Positions 17,588-27,806 of a stretch of DNA of 46,044 bases are shown here, piece after piece. The stretch's first letter is position 1. Each line of letters begins with the position of its first letter. This DNA comes from Candidatus Thorarchaeota archaeon. Its GTDB lineage: Archaea; Asgardarchaeota; Thorarchaeia; Thorarchaeales; Thorarchaeaceae. Location of the stretch: positions 1 through 46,044 of the forward strand of contig RDNZ01000023.1 in assembly GCA_011364905.1 (NCBI GenBank). The letters are read 5' to 3'. Both the position numbers and the translations under genes were made by a program. A model generated the notes under the pieces. It did not search any database. It was not told the DNA's origin and saw only the letters and a list, made by a program, of their open reading frames with translations.

Positions 17588-17630
17588 AGAGATAAGAAAC
17601 TTAAATTGCAGAACATCAATCACAGAGGGC

Positions 17631-18722
17631 ATGCCTCATATACACACTGAACTCTGCGATATCGTGGGAATAAAACACCCCATACTTCAAGGCGGGATGG
17701 GCCCATACAAGACAGAAGACTTAGCAATTGCTGTTGCAAATGCTGGGGCACTGGGAATTATCAGTTGCATTGGCATGGCAGCGACGCTTCTCCCTGAGGC
17801 GGCCCCAATTGATGCCCAGAGATTGTTTGGCTCAGATCCTCCAGCGGTAATCCTTCAGAAATCAATTGAATCAGTTACAAAGCAGACTCGTTCTTCAGGA
17901 GGAGTCTTTGGTGTCAATGTGCCTGTTGCTTCTGAGTTTATTCTTGCATCCAAGATGTTCATTGAACAGACCATAGAGTCCTGCAAAGCAGACTCGGATA
18001 CAGAACGTGCATTGAGAGTCGTTGTCACATCGGCAGGGAACCCAAAACCATGGTCAGTTCTTAAAGATGAAGGGTTCATCTGGGTTCATGTGACGCCCTC
18101 TGTCTATCATGCAAAGAAGGCTGAGGCGGCAGGAGCTGATGTGATTGTGGCATCAGGGCATGAGGGAGGAGCACATGTATCCTGGGATCCTGTGCATTCC
18201 ATGGTACTTGTTCCAGCTGTCGCAAAAGCAGTGAAGACCCCAGTTGTTGGAGCAGGAGGATTCTGTGATGGCGCAACATTGGCTGCGGCTTTGTGCATGG
18301 GTGCTGTGGGAGTTCAAATGGGTACTCGTTTCATAGCTACTAAAGAGAGCGATTTTGAGCCAATGTGGAAACAAGCAATCCTGAACAGAGAGGAACGACA
18401 GACCCTGGTTGGTAGAGGTCTCTTCGGGCCAATGAGGTTCCTTCGGAATAAAAGAGCTGAAGAGATTGTTGAACAGACCCTAGAGGACCTCCCCCACTTC
18501 TACCTTGGAGAACCCCTTGACTCAAACGAGAGGATTCTGAAACTCGAACAGACAGGATTCGATGATCTATTGGACAAGAAAGAAAACACAGCATTGATGT
18601 TCGGAGGAGAAGTTGTGGGGAGAATTGGAAACCTTCCTACCACTGCAGAGCTTATAGAACAAATAATAGATGAAGCCTCAGAGATACTTGAGAATGTGCC
18701 GAAACATGTAGTTAAGAAATGA
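17631..18722 (+). CDS. Nitronate monooxygenase / FabK-like FMN oxidoreductase
   Basis: HPILQGGMG, AVANAGALG, GHEGGAH, AGG..DG, GVQMGTRF; start reassigned to ATG 17631. Confidence 0.9.
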   Translation: MPHIHTELCDIVGIKHPILQGGMGPYKTEDLAIAVANAGALGIISCIGMAATLLPEAAPIDAQRLFGSDPPAVILQKSIESVTKQTRSSGGVFGVNVPVASEFILASKMFIEQTIESCKADSDTERALRVVVTSAGNPKPWSVLKDEGFIWVHVTPSVYHAKKAEAAGADVIVASGHEGGAHVSWDPVHSMVLVPAVAKAVKTPVVGAGGFCDGATLAAALCMGAVGVQMGTRFIATKESDFEPMWKQAILNREERQTLVGRGLFGPMRFLRNKRAEEIVEQTLEDLPHFYLGEPLDSNERILKLEQTGFDDLLDKKENTALMFGGEVVGRIGNLPTTAELIEQIIDEASEILENVPKHVVKK

Positions 18723-18935
18723 ATTCAGCAGTGTCGGCACCAAAGAGGACATACTCCACTATTAGTTCGTGCAGGTTCATTGAGATAGTCTGATTTCGCC
18801 ACCAAGGCCGTTTTAAAGAAACCAAAATTCCGAATCAGCTGCTCAAGATGCTCTTCATATGTAATATCCGGGTAGCAGAGCAAATAAGAGGGAGAAGTGT
18901 AATTCTCAGGTTGCAGCGATATGTTTTAGGGAGCG

Positions 18936-20117
18936 ATGGATATGGTCTGGTGGTTCTTTTGCCCAAACATAACTTATGGAGAAGATGCATTGAGTGATCT
19001 TGAAACGATCAAAGGCAAGAAAGCATTCATTGTGACGGATAAGATAATCAATGGTCTTGGCCTAGCAGAGAAAGTCTGTAGGATATTGACGCAGAAGCAG
19101 TGGGAAGCAGCAATATGGGATGGTGTTGAACCCGACCCCAAGATCTCTACGGTCAAGTCAGCTGCTGAGGCTATCAAGAGGTTTGGTGCAGATTGGATCA
19201 TTGCAGTTGGGGGAGGGAGTGTCATGGACACAGCCAAAGCCGCCTGGGTGCTCTACGAGAAACCAGATGTCGAGCTACATGCTCTGACGCCTTTCGACGA
19301 GTTGGGTCTCCGAACCAAGGCGAAGCTGATATGTATCCCAACGACCACTGGAACGGGATCTGAGGCGACCAAGGCAATAGTGATTCGGGATGATGAAACA
19401 GGGAGGAAGTTCGCTACAATCAATCCAGAACTGACTCCGGATATTGCACTTCTTGACCCTGAGTTCGTGGTTGGTCTACCAAAGAATCTCACAGCATACA
19501 CAGGTATGGATGCCTTGACTCATGCAATAGAGGGGTATATTTCTGTCTGGAAGAATGACTTCTCCGATGGCTGTTCCTTGCAGTCGGTTAGGATGATCTT
19601 CGAGTGGTTGCCGAAGTCTGTTGAGAATCTGTCGGATCTAGAGGCTAGAGAGAAGATGTTGATTGCAGCGTGTCTTGCGGGTATGTCGTTTGGCAACTCG
19701 CAGGCAGCCCTGGCCCATTCCTTAGGCCATAGCATGGGTTCTGTGTTACGGACTCATCATGGTATGTCCGTTGGAATGGCATTGCCCTACACAGTGGAGT
19801 TCAATTGTATTGATGGAGGCGATGCGGCCAAGCAATACTCGGAATTGGCTCGCATGATAGGTGTATCCGGAAAAGGTGATAAAAAAACATCAATCAATTT
19901 TGCTCAGGCGATTAGGGATTTCATGAAGACTGTGGGATGTCCTGCAAGTTTCAAAGAAGCCGGAATCAAGAAGAAGGAGTTCAACGCAGGGCTTGAGAAA
20001 ATGGTGGAGTTTGCTATGATGGACACAAGCTTGACCATGAATCCACGAAACACTGACAGTGAAGAGATTCGGAAGCTATACCAGTACATGTTTGAGGGGA
20101 AGACGGTAGACTTCTAG
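18936..20117 (+). CDS. Iron-containing alcohol dehydrogenase
   Basis: GGGSVMD, PTTTGTGSE, GMDALTHAIE, AHSLGH, HG metal ligands. Confidence 0.95.
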   Translation: MDMVWWFFCPNITYGEDALSDLETIKGKKAFIVTDKIINGLGLAEKVCRILTQKQWEAAIWDGVEPDPKISTVKSAAEAIKRFGADWIIAVGGGSVMDTAKAAWVLYEKPDVELHALTPFDELGLRTKAKLICIPTTTGTGSEATKAIVIRDDETGRKFATINPELTPDIALLDPEFVVGLPKNLTAYTGMDALTHAIEGYISVWKNDFSDGCSLQSVRMIFEWLPKSVENLSDLEAREKMLIAACLAGMSFGNSQAALAHSLGHSMGSVLRTHHGMSVGMALPYTVEFNCIDGGDAAKQYSELARMIGVSGKGDKKTSINFAQAIRDFMKTVGCPASFKEAGIKKKEFNAGLEKMVEFAMMDTSLTMNPRNTDSEEIRKLYQYMFEGKTVDF

Positions 20118-20132
20118 AGGAAGTGACGAGAA

Positions 20133-21953
20133 ATGTTTGGATATAGGGGCAAGATACTAAGACTTGACCTGAGTGCTGGTTCAACGTCAGTGGAATCACT
20201 CAGTGAAAAACTGCTGAGAGAATTCATCGGAGGAGCTGGTCTAGCAGCCCGACTGTTATACGACATGATTGACAAAGATACGGATCCCCTTGGCCCAGAG
20301 AACCCACTGTTTTACCTAACCGGACCTCTGTGCGGCACCATGGCACCAACTGGCAGTAAGTCAACCTTTGCATCCAGGTCTCCAAAGACTGGCATCCTTG
20401 GTTACAGTACCGTAGGAGGCCATCTTGGCGCAGACTTGAAGTTTGCCGGATATGATGGCATCATCTTTACTGGGGTTGCTGAAAAGCCTGTTTATGTTCT
20501 TGTGGACGATTCGGATGTTGAAATCAGGGATGGAGCGCATCTATGGGGAAAGGATACGATTCAGGTTTGGGAGGAACTGAAAAAAGAAACAGGTTTCAGG
20601 AATGCAGGAGTCGCTCGGATAGGTGTAGCTGGCGAAAACTTGGTGAAATATGCCAGCATCATTGTGGACCATAATCGAGCAGCAGGACGAACTGGTCAAG
20701 GAGCCGTAATGGGGTCTAAGAAACTAAAGGCAATAGTCATCCATGGAACAGACCGGAAGATACCTGTCGCTGATGATCAGGCATTCAACGAATATGCCAA
20801 GGAGCTGAACAAGGACAAAAAGGAAGACCCGACCTTCAGGATGTATTCCGACCTGGGAACTGCAGGTTTCACAGATATGGCTAGTATGATGTATGGGTCA
20901 TTCCCTGCAAAATACTACACGGTTTCTGATTTTGATACTTACAATCTAAGTGGCACCTCTGTTCGCGAAACGATTCTTACCGGCAAGACTGCGTGCTATA
21001 GATGTCCGATTGGCTGCGGAAGGGTCATTGAGATTCCAGAAGGCAAATACAAAATGGACAAGTTTGCAGGTCCAGAGCTAGAAGTAACAGGAACCATGGG
21101 TTCGCTCCTTCTCAACAACAATGTGGAGGCGGTGGCTTATGCAAACAAGATTCTCGACATGCTTGGGATTGACACGATATCTGGAGGAAACACAATTGCC
21201 TTCGCATATTATCTGTACAATGAAGGCAAGATAACTGCAGAGGACCTTGATGGTATTGCACCTGAATGGGGAGAGGTTGAATCAGGCGTCGCTCTTGCAG
21301 AAAAAATAGCAAAGCGCGAAGGCATTGGGAATGTGATGGCTGAGGGAGCATTTGAGCTTGGCCAGAAGTTCGGGGTTCCAGAATTGGCTGTTCAGACGAA
21401 TGGTCTCGAATTTCCACAGCACGACCCAAGAGGTTTCTCAGGACACGCCATCGGGTATGCGACTTCTCCTCGTGGAGCATGCCATATGAGTGCAGACATG
21501 TACAATGTCCAAATGGGACAACCTAATGAAGCATTCAATATCGAGAGCGAGGACAGATTCGCGAATGAGGCGGACATTGTGGCAAGACTGCAAAACTTCC
21601 GAGCTCTGACAAACTCCTCTGTGATATGCAATTTCTACCCACTTCAAGGAGATGAACTGCTAAAACTGCTGCAGTTGGCGATTGGTTGGGACATGAAGAT
21701 AGAGGAACTCATACAGACGGGTGAACGTATTTTCACAATGATGCGACTGCTGAATCTTAAGCTTGGATACGATACAAAGAAGGAGAAGCTCCCTGAACTT
21801 ATTCTCAAGCCGCTTGAGGGCCCTACGGAAGGTCATGTTCCGGATATAGAAGCTCAGCTAAAGACTTGGTATGAGTACCGCGGATGGGACCGGAGCTCAG
21901 GCAGACCTCCCAAGGAAAAGCTTGAGAAGCTAGGGTTAGCGTCTCTTACTTGA
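20133..21953 (+). CDS. aor: Aldehyde:ferredoxin oxidoreductase (tungsten AOR family)
   Basis: MFGYRGKILR.DL, AAGRTG.GAVMGSK.LKA, CxxCxxxC (CYRCPIGC), HDPRG, RGACH. Confidence 0.95.
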   Translation: MFGYRGKILRLDLSAGSTSVESLSEKLLREFIGGAGLAARLLYDMIDKDTDPLGPENPLFYLTGPLCGTMAPTGSKSTFASRSPKTGILGYSTVGGHLGADLKFAGYDGIIFTGVAEKPVYVLVDDSDVEIRDGAHLWGKDTIQVWEELKKETGFRNAGVARIGVAGENLVKYASIIVDHNRAAGRTGQGAVMGSKKLKAIVIHGTDRKIPVADDQAFNEYAKELNKDKKEDPTFRMYSDLGTAGFTDMASMMYGSFPAKYYTVSDFDTYNLSGTSVRETILTGKTACYRCPIGCGRVIEIPEGKYKMDKFAGPELEVTGTMGSLLLNNNVEAVAYANKILDMLGIDTISGGNTIAFAYYLYNEGKITAEDLDGIAPEWGEVESGVALAEKIAKREGIGNVMAEGAFELGQKFGVPELAVQTNGLEFPQHDPRGFSGHAIGYATSPRGACHMSADMYNVQMGQPNEAFNIESEDRFANEADIVARLQNFRALTNSSVICNFYPLQGDELLKLLQLAIGWDMKIEELIQTGERIFTMMRLLNLKLGYDTKKEKLPELILKPLEGPTEGHVPDIEAQLKTWYEYRGWDRSSGRPPKEKLEKLGLASLT

Positions 21954-23448
21954 GAACCAGTTTCTTGAGACTAGGAAGATCCTCAATTATATCTCTCAGG
22001 ATATTATAGAGAACCTCCACGTCTATGATCTTGATTCGTTCATCCGGGGTGTGAGGATTCTCTAGACTAGGCCCAATTGAAACCATCTGAATTCCTGGTA
22101 TCTTCGAACCGATTATTCCGCACTCAAGTCCAGCATGAATCGCCTCAATTTTGACTTCTCGTCCGGTGATTTTTTCGAAATGCTTTCTAACAAAGGACAA
22201 GAATAGACTCTTAGGTTCTGGATTCCAACCAGGATATGGATCATGTAGACTAAGGTTCCAACCACTGAGCTCTGCGATTTCAGCAATGCTCTGTCTGAAA
22301 GCCTTTAACTCCGAATCAACGCTACTCCGAGTGGACAGGAGAACAGAGAGTACCGGACCATCAGTCTTTACTACTGCAAGATTGTTTGAGGTTTCCACTA
22401 GACCATCAATATTCGGTGAGAACCGTATTGGGCCGTGAGGAATAATATCGATTGACTGGATTATCTTCTTGGAATCATTAAGGGAAAAAGCAGGTTCCGC
22501 TGCAGACCTCTCCCACTTGATCTGCATGTCAGGCTCAAGCTCATTATAGTACGCTTTCAAGTCGGAACGGATTTTCCCCAGAAGTTCTTCTGCTCTCATA
22601 GCTTTGCCGCTCTCTATTGCGAATTTGGCTGTAGCCTCACGAGGAATCGCATTGTGTTTACTTCCACCGTTCCAAGCACACAGATGTATGTTCATTTCAG
22701 CAGAGATAGTGGAGAGGAGCCTTGCAACAATCTTGTTAGCATTTGCTCGATGTTTGTGAATATCAACACCTGAATGTCCTCCATATAGGCCAGACACAAT
22801 CAAATCATAAAAAGTGGCATCGCCAGTGACCTTGTTGAGTTTAAGGTTCTTAACAAGATCCGTATCTCCCCCTCCTGCTGAGCCTATTGTGATTACTCCC
22901 ATCCTTTCTGAATCGATGTTAACCATGAGTTTGCTCTTGATGCCCATTTTATCAGGTTCAAGACCAAATGCGCCTACAAGCCCGGTCTCTTCATCCACAG
23001 TAATAAGTACCTCAAGAGGGCCATGTCGAATCTTAGGATCCAAAAGTAATGCAAGGGCGACCGATGAGCCAATTCCATTATCTGCACCGAGGGTTGTGCC
23101 ATCAGCATCCACCCATTCTCCATTGTCCTGTATTCGGGCGGGTATCGGATTGTTATCAAAATCGAATCCATCAGGTCTATCAGTTTCACAGACCATATCC
23201 ATATGGCCTTGAAGAAGAAGAGGTTGAGTAGACTCCATCCCCTTTGTTGCGGCTTTCTTGAGGAGGAGGTTACCAGCTTTGTCCTCAATGACCTGAATCT
23301 CAATGCCAAGTGACTGTGCACGTTCAGGAATCCAGCTCTTTAACTTCTCGCGTATCCTATTCTCTTTCTTTGACTCTCGTGGAGTCTTTGTGAAGACGTC
23401 TTCAAATATCTCCCAGGCAAGTTTTGGCTCTAAGTTCTCAAACACCAT
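21946..23448 (-). CDS. pepD: Aminoacyl-histidine/Xaa-His dipeptidase (M20C)
   Basis: LQGHMDMVCE, GTTLGADNGIG, DEETGL, NIDSE, GGHSG, IHAGLECG, PHTPDE. Confidence 0.93.
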   Translation of the reverse strand: MVFENLEPKLAWEIFEDVFTKTPRESKKENRIREKLKSWIPERAQSLGIEIQVIEDKAGNLLLKKAATKGMESTQPLLLQGHMDMVCETDRPDGFDFDNNPIPARIQDNGEWVDADGTTLGADNGIGSSVALALLLDPKIRHGPLEVLITVDEETGLVGAFGLEPDKMGIKSKLMVNIDSERMGVITIGSAGGGDTDLVKNLKLNKVTGDATFYDLIVSGLYGGHSGVDIHKHRANANKIVARLLSTISAEMNIHLCAWNGGSKHNAIPREATAKFAIESGKAMRAEELLGKIRSDLKAYYNELEPDMQIKWERSAAEPAFSLNDSKKIIQSIDIIPHGPIRFSPNIDGLVETSNNLAVVKTDGPVLSVLLSTRSSVDSELKAFRQSIAEIAELSGWNLSLHDPYPGWNPEPKSLFLSFVRKHFEKITGREVKIEAIHAGLECGIIGSKIPGIQMVSIGPSLENPHTPDERIKIIDVEVLYNILRDIIEDLPSLKKLVLK

Positions 23449-23564
23449 CAGAGAACCTCCTCAAGAAATGAGGACATTAAGGCCCACTATAAGCTTTTGT
23501 CAATAAACAAACAGGTTTTTCTCGCACGATGATACGAGGTGTGTACTCCAGTTTGTGGTGACAG

Positions 23565-24440
23565 ATGATGTGGTTTGACCCGGCAATTACTGATCTCTTG
23601 CGAAACTTACTCCCAGGGTTGGATGATTTCTTCTTCTGGGTTTCACAGCTGGGAGGCGAGGTGTTTTACATTGCAGCCCTTTTGATACTCTATTGGGCTG
23701 TTAGTAAGAGGGAGGGAATTCTTGTGTCATACATACTCCTGTTCTCAGTCATCACAAATTTTTGGTTGAAAATAGTAATCGCAAAGGATCGTCCGCCTTC
23801 GAGCTACTGGCATGTAAACGCCAATCCTACTAATTACAGTACACCCAGCGGGCACTCACAGAATGCGGCAACTCTCTATGGTTGGTTCACCTATAGAGTC
23901 AGGAAATGGTGGATGGCACTCATTGCTATTGTGCTTACCCTCTTGGTAGGCATTTCGAGGATTTACATTGGCGTTCACTACCTTGAAGATGTCCTACTCG
24001 GATGGGGAATTGGCATCGCCACAGTACTTGTCATCGCACATTTGGAGAAACCCATGAATCAGTTTTTCTCGAGGTATAAGACCGAACATCTCTTGCTGGT
24101 TCTGATGGCTCTTGGATTTGTGCTTACCCTCGTCGCTGCAGTCCTTCCTCAACCTCCCAACGATAATTTTGGAGCCTATGGGGGCTTGACCATTGGATTC
24201 GCTTTGGGTCTCATTCTCGAGAAGAGATTTGTGAATTTCTCTACTGACTCGTATGACGGGAAGAAGTGGCGACTTGTGGCGCGAGTTGTGATTGGATTGA
24301 CACTTGTCATCCTTGTAATGGCAGGTCTTTTTCTGGTTCTGCCAACTGAGCAGATATGGCTTCGCACACTTCGATATTGTCTGATTGCTCTGACTGGTGT
24401 TTTCCTCTGGCCTTTGATCTTCACAAAGGCAAAGCTGTGA
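23565..24440 (+). CDS. PAP2 family membrane phosphatase
   Basis: K-x6-RP, PSGH and SR-x5-H-x3-D motifs. Confidence 0.92.
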   Translation: MMWFDPAITDLLRNLLPGLDDFFFWVSQLGGEVFYIAALLILYWAVSKREGILVSYILLFSVITNFWLKIVIAKDRPPSSYWHVNANPTNYSTPSGHSQNAATLYGWFTYRVRKWWMALIAIVLTLLVGISRIYIGVHYLEDVLLGWGIGIATVLVIAHLEKPMNQFFSRYKTEHLLLVLMALGFVLTLVAAVLPQPPNDNFGAYGGLTIGFALGLILEKRFVNFSTDSYDGKKWRLVARVVIGLTLVILVMAGLFLVLPTEQIWLRTLRYCLIALTGVFLWPLIFTKAKL

Positions 24441-24483
24441 AGCGAATCTCGGCAGATTCAATAATCGGAGTTCATAGACATGT

Positions 24484-25215
24484 GTGGTGAAACATATGAC
24501 AAAGGGAGAGAGTACACCACTACTATCGCCGACTTATCCTAGGCCCCCATATCACTACGTGGATGCCAAGCTGTTCCTAGCAATGTTCAATCCGCCAGAG
24601 GATGCAATACAGGGTCTGCTTCCACCGCCACTGCGGCCATCGCAGATGCCTCTGGCAGCATTGATGTTTGGAGAAATGCCCTGTAAAGAAACAGGAACGT
24701 TCATGGAGTCTGGACTTCTTGTTCAATGCGTGTTTGACAATCCAGAAACAAAGGAAGAGGAGGTCGGGGTGTACTTTGCGCTGAGTTATGCTGACACAGA
24801 TGTAGCAGTAACTTCAGGAAGAGAGATCTGGGGCTATCCAAGAAAACTAGCAAAGATATCACTAGGGTGGAAAGGTGATACTATCAGTGGCAAAGTCGTG
24901 AGAGACAAAACCACATTGTGGAAGGCCAGCTGCAAGATGGAGGATGAGGGCGCTTGGATTGATAGTGGCCCAAATGTCAACGCAAAGATTATCCCAAGTC
25001 CCACAGGCGAGGGTTACGATTTAGCAGTGCTGACCACGGCTTATCTTGAATATACAATAAAGAGTGGACGTTCAGGTGATATCAAGATGACTTTCAAGAG
25101 TGGGCCTCGAGACGACTTGAGCACTGTGAAGATTGACACACCCATGATAGGGCAGTATTTTGATTGCGACATCATGGTGCCACCGGCAAAGACAATCGGA
25201 AAGATAGATTTGTGA
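24484..25215 (+). CDS. Acetoacetate decarboxylase superfamily protein
   Basis: P.YP.PP..Y, LLPPPL, GREIWGYPRKLA. Confidence 0.8.
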   Translation: MVKHMTKGESTPLLSPTYPRPPYHYVDAKLFLAMFNPPEDAIQGLLPPPLRPSQMPLAALMFGEMPCKETGTFMESGLLVQCVFDNPETKEEEVGVYFALSYADTDVAVTSGREIWGYPRKLAKISLGWKGDTISGKVVRDKTTLWKASCKMEDEGAWIDSGPNVNAKIIPSPTGEGYDLAVLTTAYLEYTIKSGRSGDIKMTFKSGPRDDLSTVKIDTPMIGQYFDCDIMVPPAKTIGKIDL

Positions 25216-25218
25216 AGA

Positions 25219-26934
25219 CTAGAGATAGTCAGAGGCTTCTTTCTGGGTCAATTTGCGACCCGCACTTCTTGCGTAGTGTCGTGATAAGCTTAGACAGATC
25301 AGACCAAATGGCACTAAGACCACATACGCAAATAAAGGTCCAAAGAAGACGCCCAAGCCCATGATTATGGAGAGACCCGTAAACCCGATCAGGTTTGGCA
25401 GAAGCTGAGCACGAAGCATAGACCATCCACGGATAGGCATTTGGACTTGTGCGCCTCTCTGTCTTGTAACAAGCCGCTCTGCACGAAAATCACCGCCTAT
25501 GGCAGCTGCATTTGCTGCAATCCCCCCGGCAGCTTGATTGATGCAAACTGCTGAAACGATTACTACCGGTATGTAAATCCACAAACTGGGAGCTATTATT
25601 GCCACGATAATAGATACTATTGTGCTCGCAACAAGAGCAAAGGGGGCTGAACTATATATTTTCCCCATCACATAGTCATACATACTCAACGGAGCAAGCT
25701 GAAGATTCATGAGATTGCGCCCTTCGTATACTAGTTCATATCCTGCAAAGCTGACTGCATAGGAAATCACAAAGGGAACGATGACTGCAATCACAATGAA
25801 TGACGTATAGCCTGCTACAATATCTCCGCCGGCGAATAGGCCTAGAAAGATAATAGCTACAAATCTCAGAGGTCCCACAAGGTATTGCGCGAGTACTCTT
25901 CCTTCTCTTCTAATGTTAGTGAGATTATACCAGATGGACACACTGGTGGCTGTATTGAAAGTGAACCCAGGAATAGGTCGAGGGTTCCAGGTTTCGTGAA
26001 GGACTGGAGTTTTGGTCTTGGATGTCCGTTTCGAGCCACTTGTTAACCATCCGCTATAATGGGCTGTTTCACTTACATATGCATTGAGATTCACGAGAGA
26101 TATGGCAACCACCCCATAGATCAGTGCCAGGACTACCTCACTAATGGTCACCGGAGCGCCAACGAGAAAGCCCAGCGACAGAGTGCTTGTTGCTGCCCCA
26201 GGACTGATACCTGAAGTGAGTCCAAGAGCGCTAGCTATCTGGATTAAGATAGGGAATAGGTCTCCAAGCCCATTGGAAGCAAAGAAAAAGTAGTAGTAGA
26301 TGATACTACCGAAGACCGCCAATGTTGATCCCAGGAACCAGCCAACTTGTTTGAGTCTTCGTCGACCCGCAAGGATTCGGGAAAATAAAAGCCCCATCAG
26401 ACCACCAATAGATACACCCAATGTCGAGATGACCAGCATCATGGCAACGAAGAGTGGAACGGAGAGGAACGCCAAGGGAGCAGTAGATGTAATGCTCAAT
26501 CCAATGAAGATTGGTGTGCCAATTACTAGAAAGAATACTGAACTGTAAAGAATCACTATGATGGTCTTTTCCAGGAAGAGCGTACGAAGGGATATTGGCA
26601 TTGTCATAAGATACTCCATTTTGGATGAATTGCCAACAGTTGTCGCACTGACCATTATGGACCCTATGAAAGAGAACAGAAGAAGAACATTGAACAGAGA
26701 AGAGCCAGCTCCAATGTTGTCTGAGAGGATTGTACCCAGTGTGTCCCAACCTACGAGAGGGACCACGGCGACGATGACCCAGACGATTACAACTCCAATA
26801 ACTACAGCAGCAATAGGAAGGAGTAGTCTACGGAATACACTCTTCTGTTTCGTTCGTTTCCCCTTTGCACCGGAAACCCTGTAGCTTTGAGTCAGGTCCT
26901 GTTTTAAAAGAACCCAAAGATCTGAGAGCGTCAC
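25219..26934 (-). CDS. Putative ABC exporter permease (large multi-TM)
   Basis: More than 10 TM segments, two YL.TMPIS / LQLAPLS-type motifs; GTGA overlap with the ABC ATPase. Confidence 0.8.
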   Translation of the reverse strand: MTLSDLWVLLKQDLTQSYRVSGAKGKRTKQKSVFRRLLLPIAAVVIGVVIVWVIVAVVPLVGWDTLGTILSDNIGAGSSLFNVLLLFSFIGSIMVSATTVGNSSKMEYLMTMPISLRTLFLEKTIIVILYSSVFFLVIGTPIFIGLSITSTAPLAFLSVPLFVAMMLVISTLGVSIGGLMGLLFSRILAGRRRLKQVGWFLGSTLAVFGSIIYYYFFFASNGLGDLFPILIQIASALGLTSGISPGAATSTLSLGFLVGAPVTISEVVLALIYGVVAISLVNLNAYVSETAHYSGWLTSGSKRTSKTKTPVLHETWNPRPIPGFTFNTATSVSIWYNLTNIRREGRVLAQYLVGPLRFVAIIFLGLFAGGDIVAGYTSFIVIAVIVPFVISYAVSFAGYELVYEGRNLMNLQLAPLSMYDYVMGKIYSSAPFALVASTIVSIIVAIIAPSLWIYIPVVIVSAVCINQAAGGIAANAAAIGGDFRAERLVTRQRGAQVQMPIRGWSMLRAQLLPNLIGFTGLSIIMGLGVFFGPLFAYVVLVPFGLICLSLSRHYARSAGRKLTQKEASDYL

Positions 26935-27695
26935 ACCACGTCACCAAGATATTCAGCAATCTTCTGCATGTCAGGACCGCCTGTCAAGTCCAGAAATATT
27001 TCTTCAAGCGACTTTTCACCCTTTGCCTGCAAACGCAACTCATCCATTGAACCCTCAGCTACCATCTTGCCATCCTTAATTATGCCAATCCTATCGCAAA
27101 GCTGCTCGGCAATCTCCAGAATATGTGTGCTCATTAAGATCGAAGCGCCTTTGGAGCGGAGCCCATTGAGAATCTCTTTTATTGTTGCAGCACCTCGCGG
27201 ATCAATCCCTGCTTGAAGCTCATCAAGAATCAAAACCTTGGGCTGGTGAATCAGAGCTGCGACAAGACTGATCTTTCTGGACATTCCTTTCGAGTATGTT
27301 TCAATGAGATCATCGCTTGCGTCTTTTATGTCCAAGAGGGTCAACAGCTCATCAAGCTCCTTCTCTCTTTCAGAGCCACGAGGAATCTTCCAGATATCAC
27401 TCACATAGTTTGCATACTCCCAACCGGTCAAACGCTCGGGAAGCACCGGTTCCTCAGGGACGTAGCCCATCAAGCGTTTAGCTTCAACAATCTCGGTTAT
27501 GATGTCGTGACCCATGACTTTTGCAGTGCCCTCTGTTGGTCTCAGCAAACCAAGAAGCATTCTCATTGTTGTGGATTTCCCAGAACCATTTGGTCCAAGC
27601 AAGCCGTAGATCTCACCTTGATTGACCTGAAATGAAAGGTTATCAACAGCCACGAATTCGCTGAACACCTTCTTTAGTCCGATAGCCTCAATCAT
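26931..27695 (-). CDS. ABC transporter ATP-binding protein
   Basis: Walker A GPNGSGKST, signature YSKGM, Walker B LILDE, STH; start reassigned to ATG 27695. Confidence 0.95.
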   Translation of the reverse strand: MIEAIGLKKVFSEFVAVDNLSFQVNQGEIYGLLGPNGSGKSTTMRMLLGLLRPTEGTAKVMGHDIITEIVEAKRLMGYVPEEPVLPERLTGWEYANYVSDIWKIPRGSEREKELDELLTLLDIKDASDDLIETYSKGMSRKISLVAALIHQPKVLILDELQAGIDPRGAATIKEILNGLRSKGASILMSTHILEIAEQLCDRIGIIKDGKMVAEGSMDELRLQAKGEKSLEEIFLDLTGGPDMQKIAEYLGDVV

Positions 27696-27806
27696 CAGAA
27701 TCAGGCGTCGTTCATCTGGTATCCATTTATGCCTTAGCATATTGCCACAAGAACGAAAAGGTTTCATTTGGTAACTGATATAAGCCAACCAATTGCGCAA
27801 TAATGT

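Noticed and set aside
17427-17630. N-terminal extension of the NMO/FabK ORF
   Set aside because: Overlaps the methyltransferase; family similarity starts at ATG 17631
18723-18935. ncRNA or small gene in the 213-bp gap before the ADH
   Set aside because: No tRNA fold, strong stem or credible ORF is seen; most likely the promoter/UTR of adh-aor
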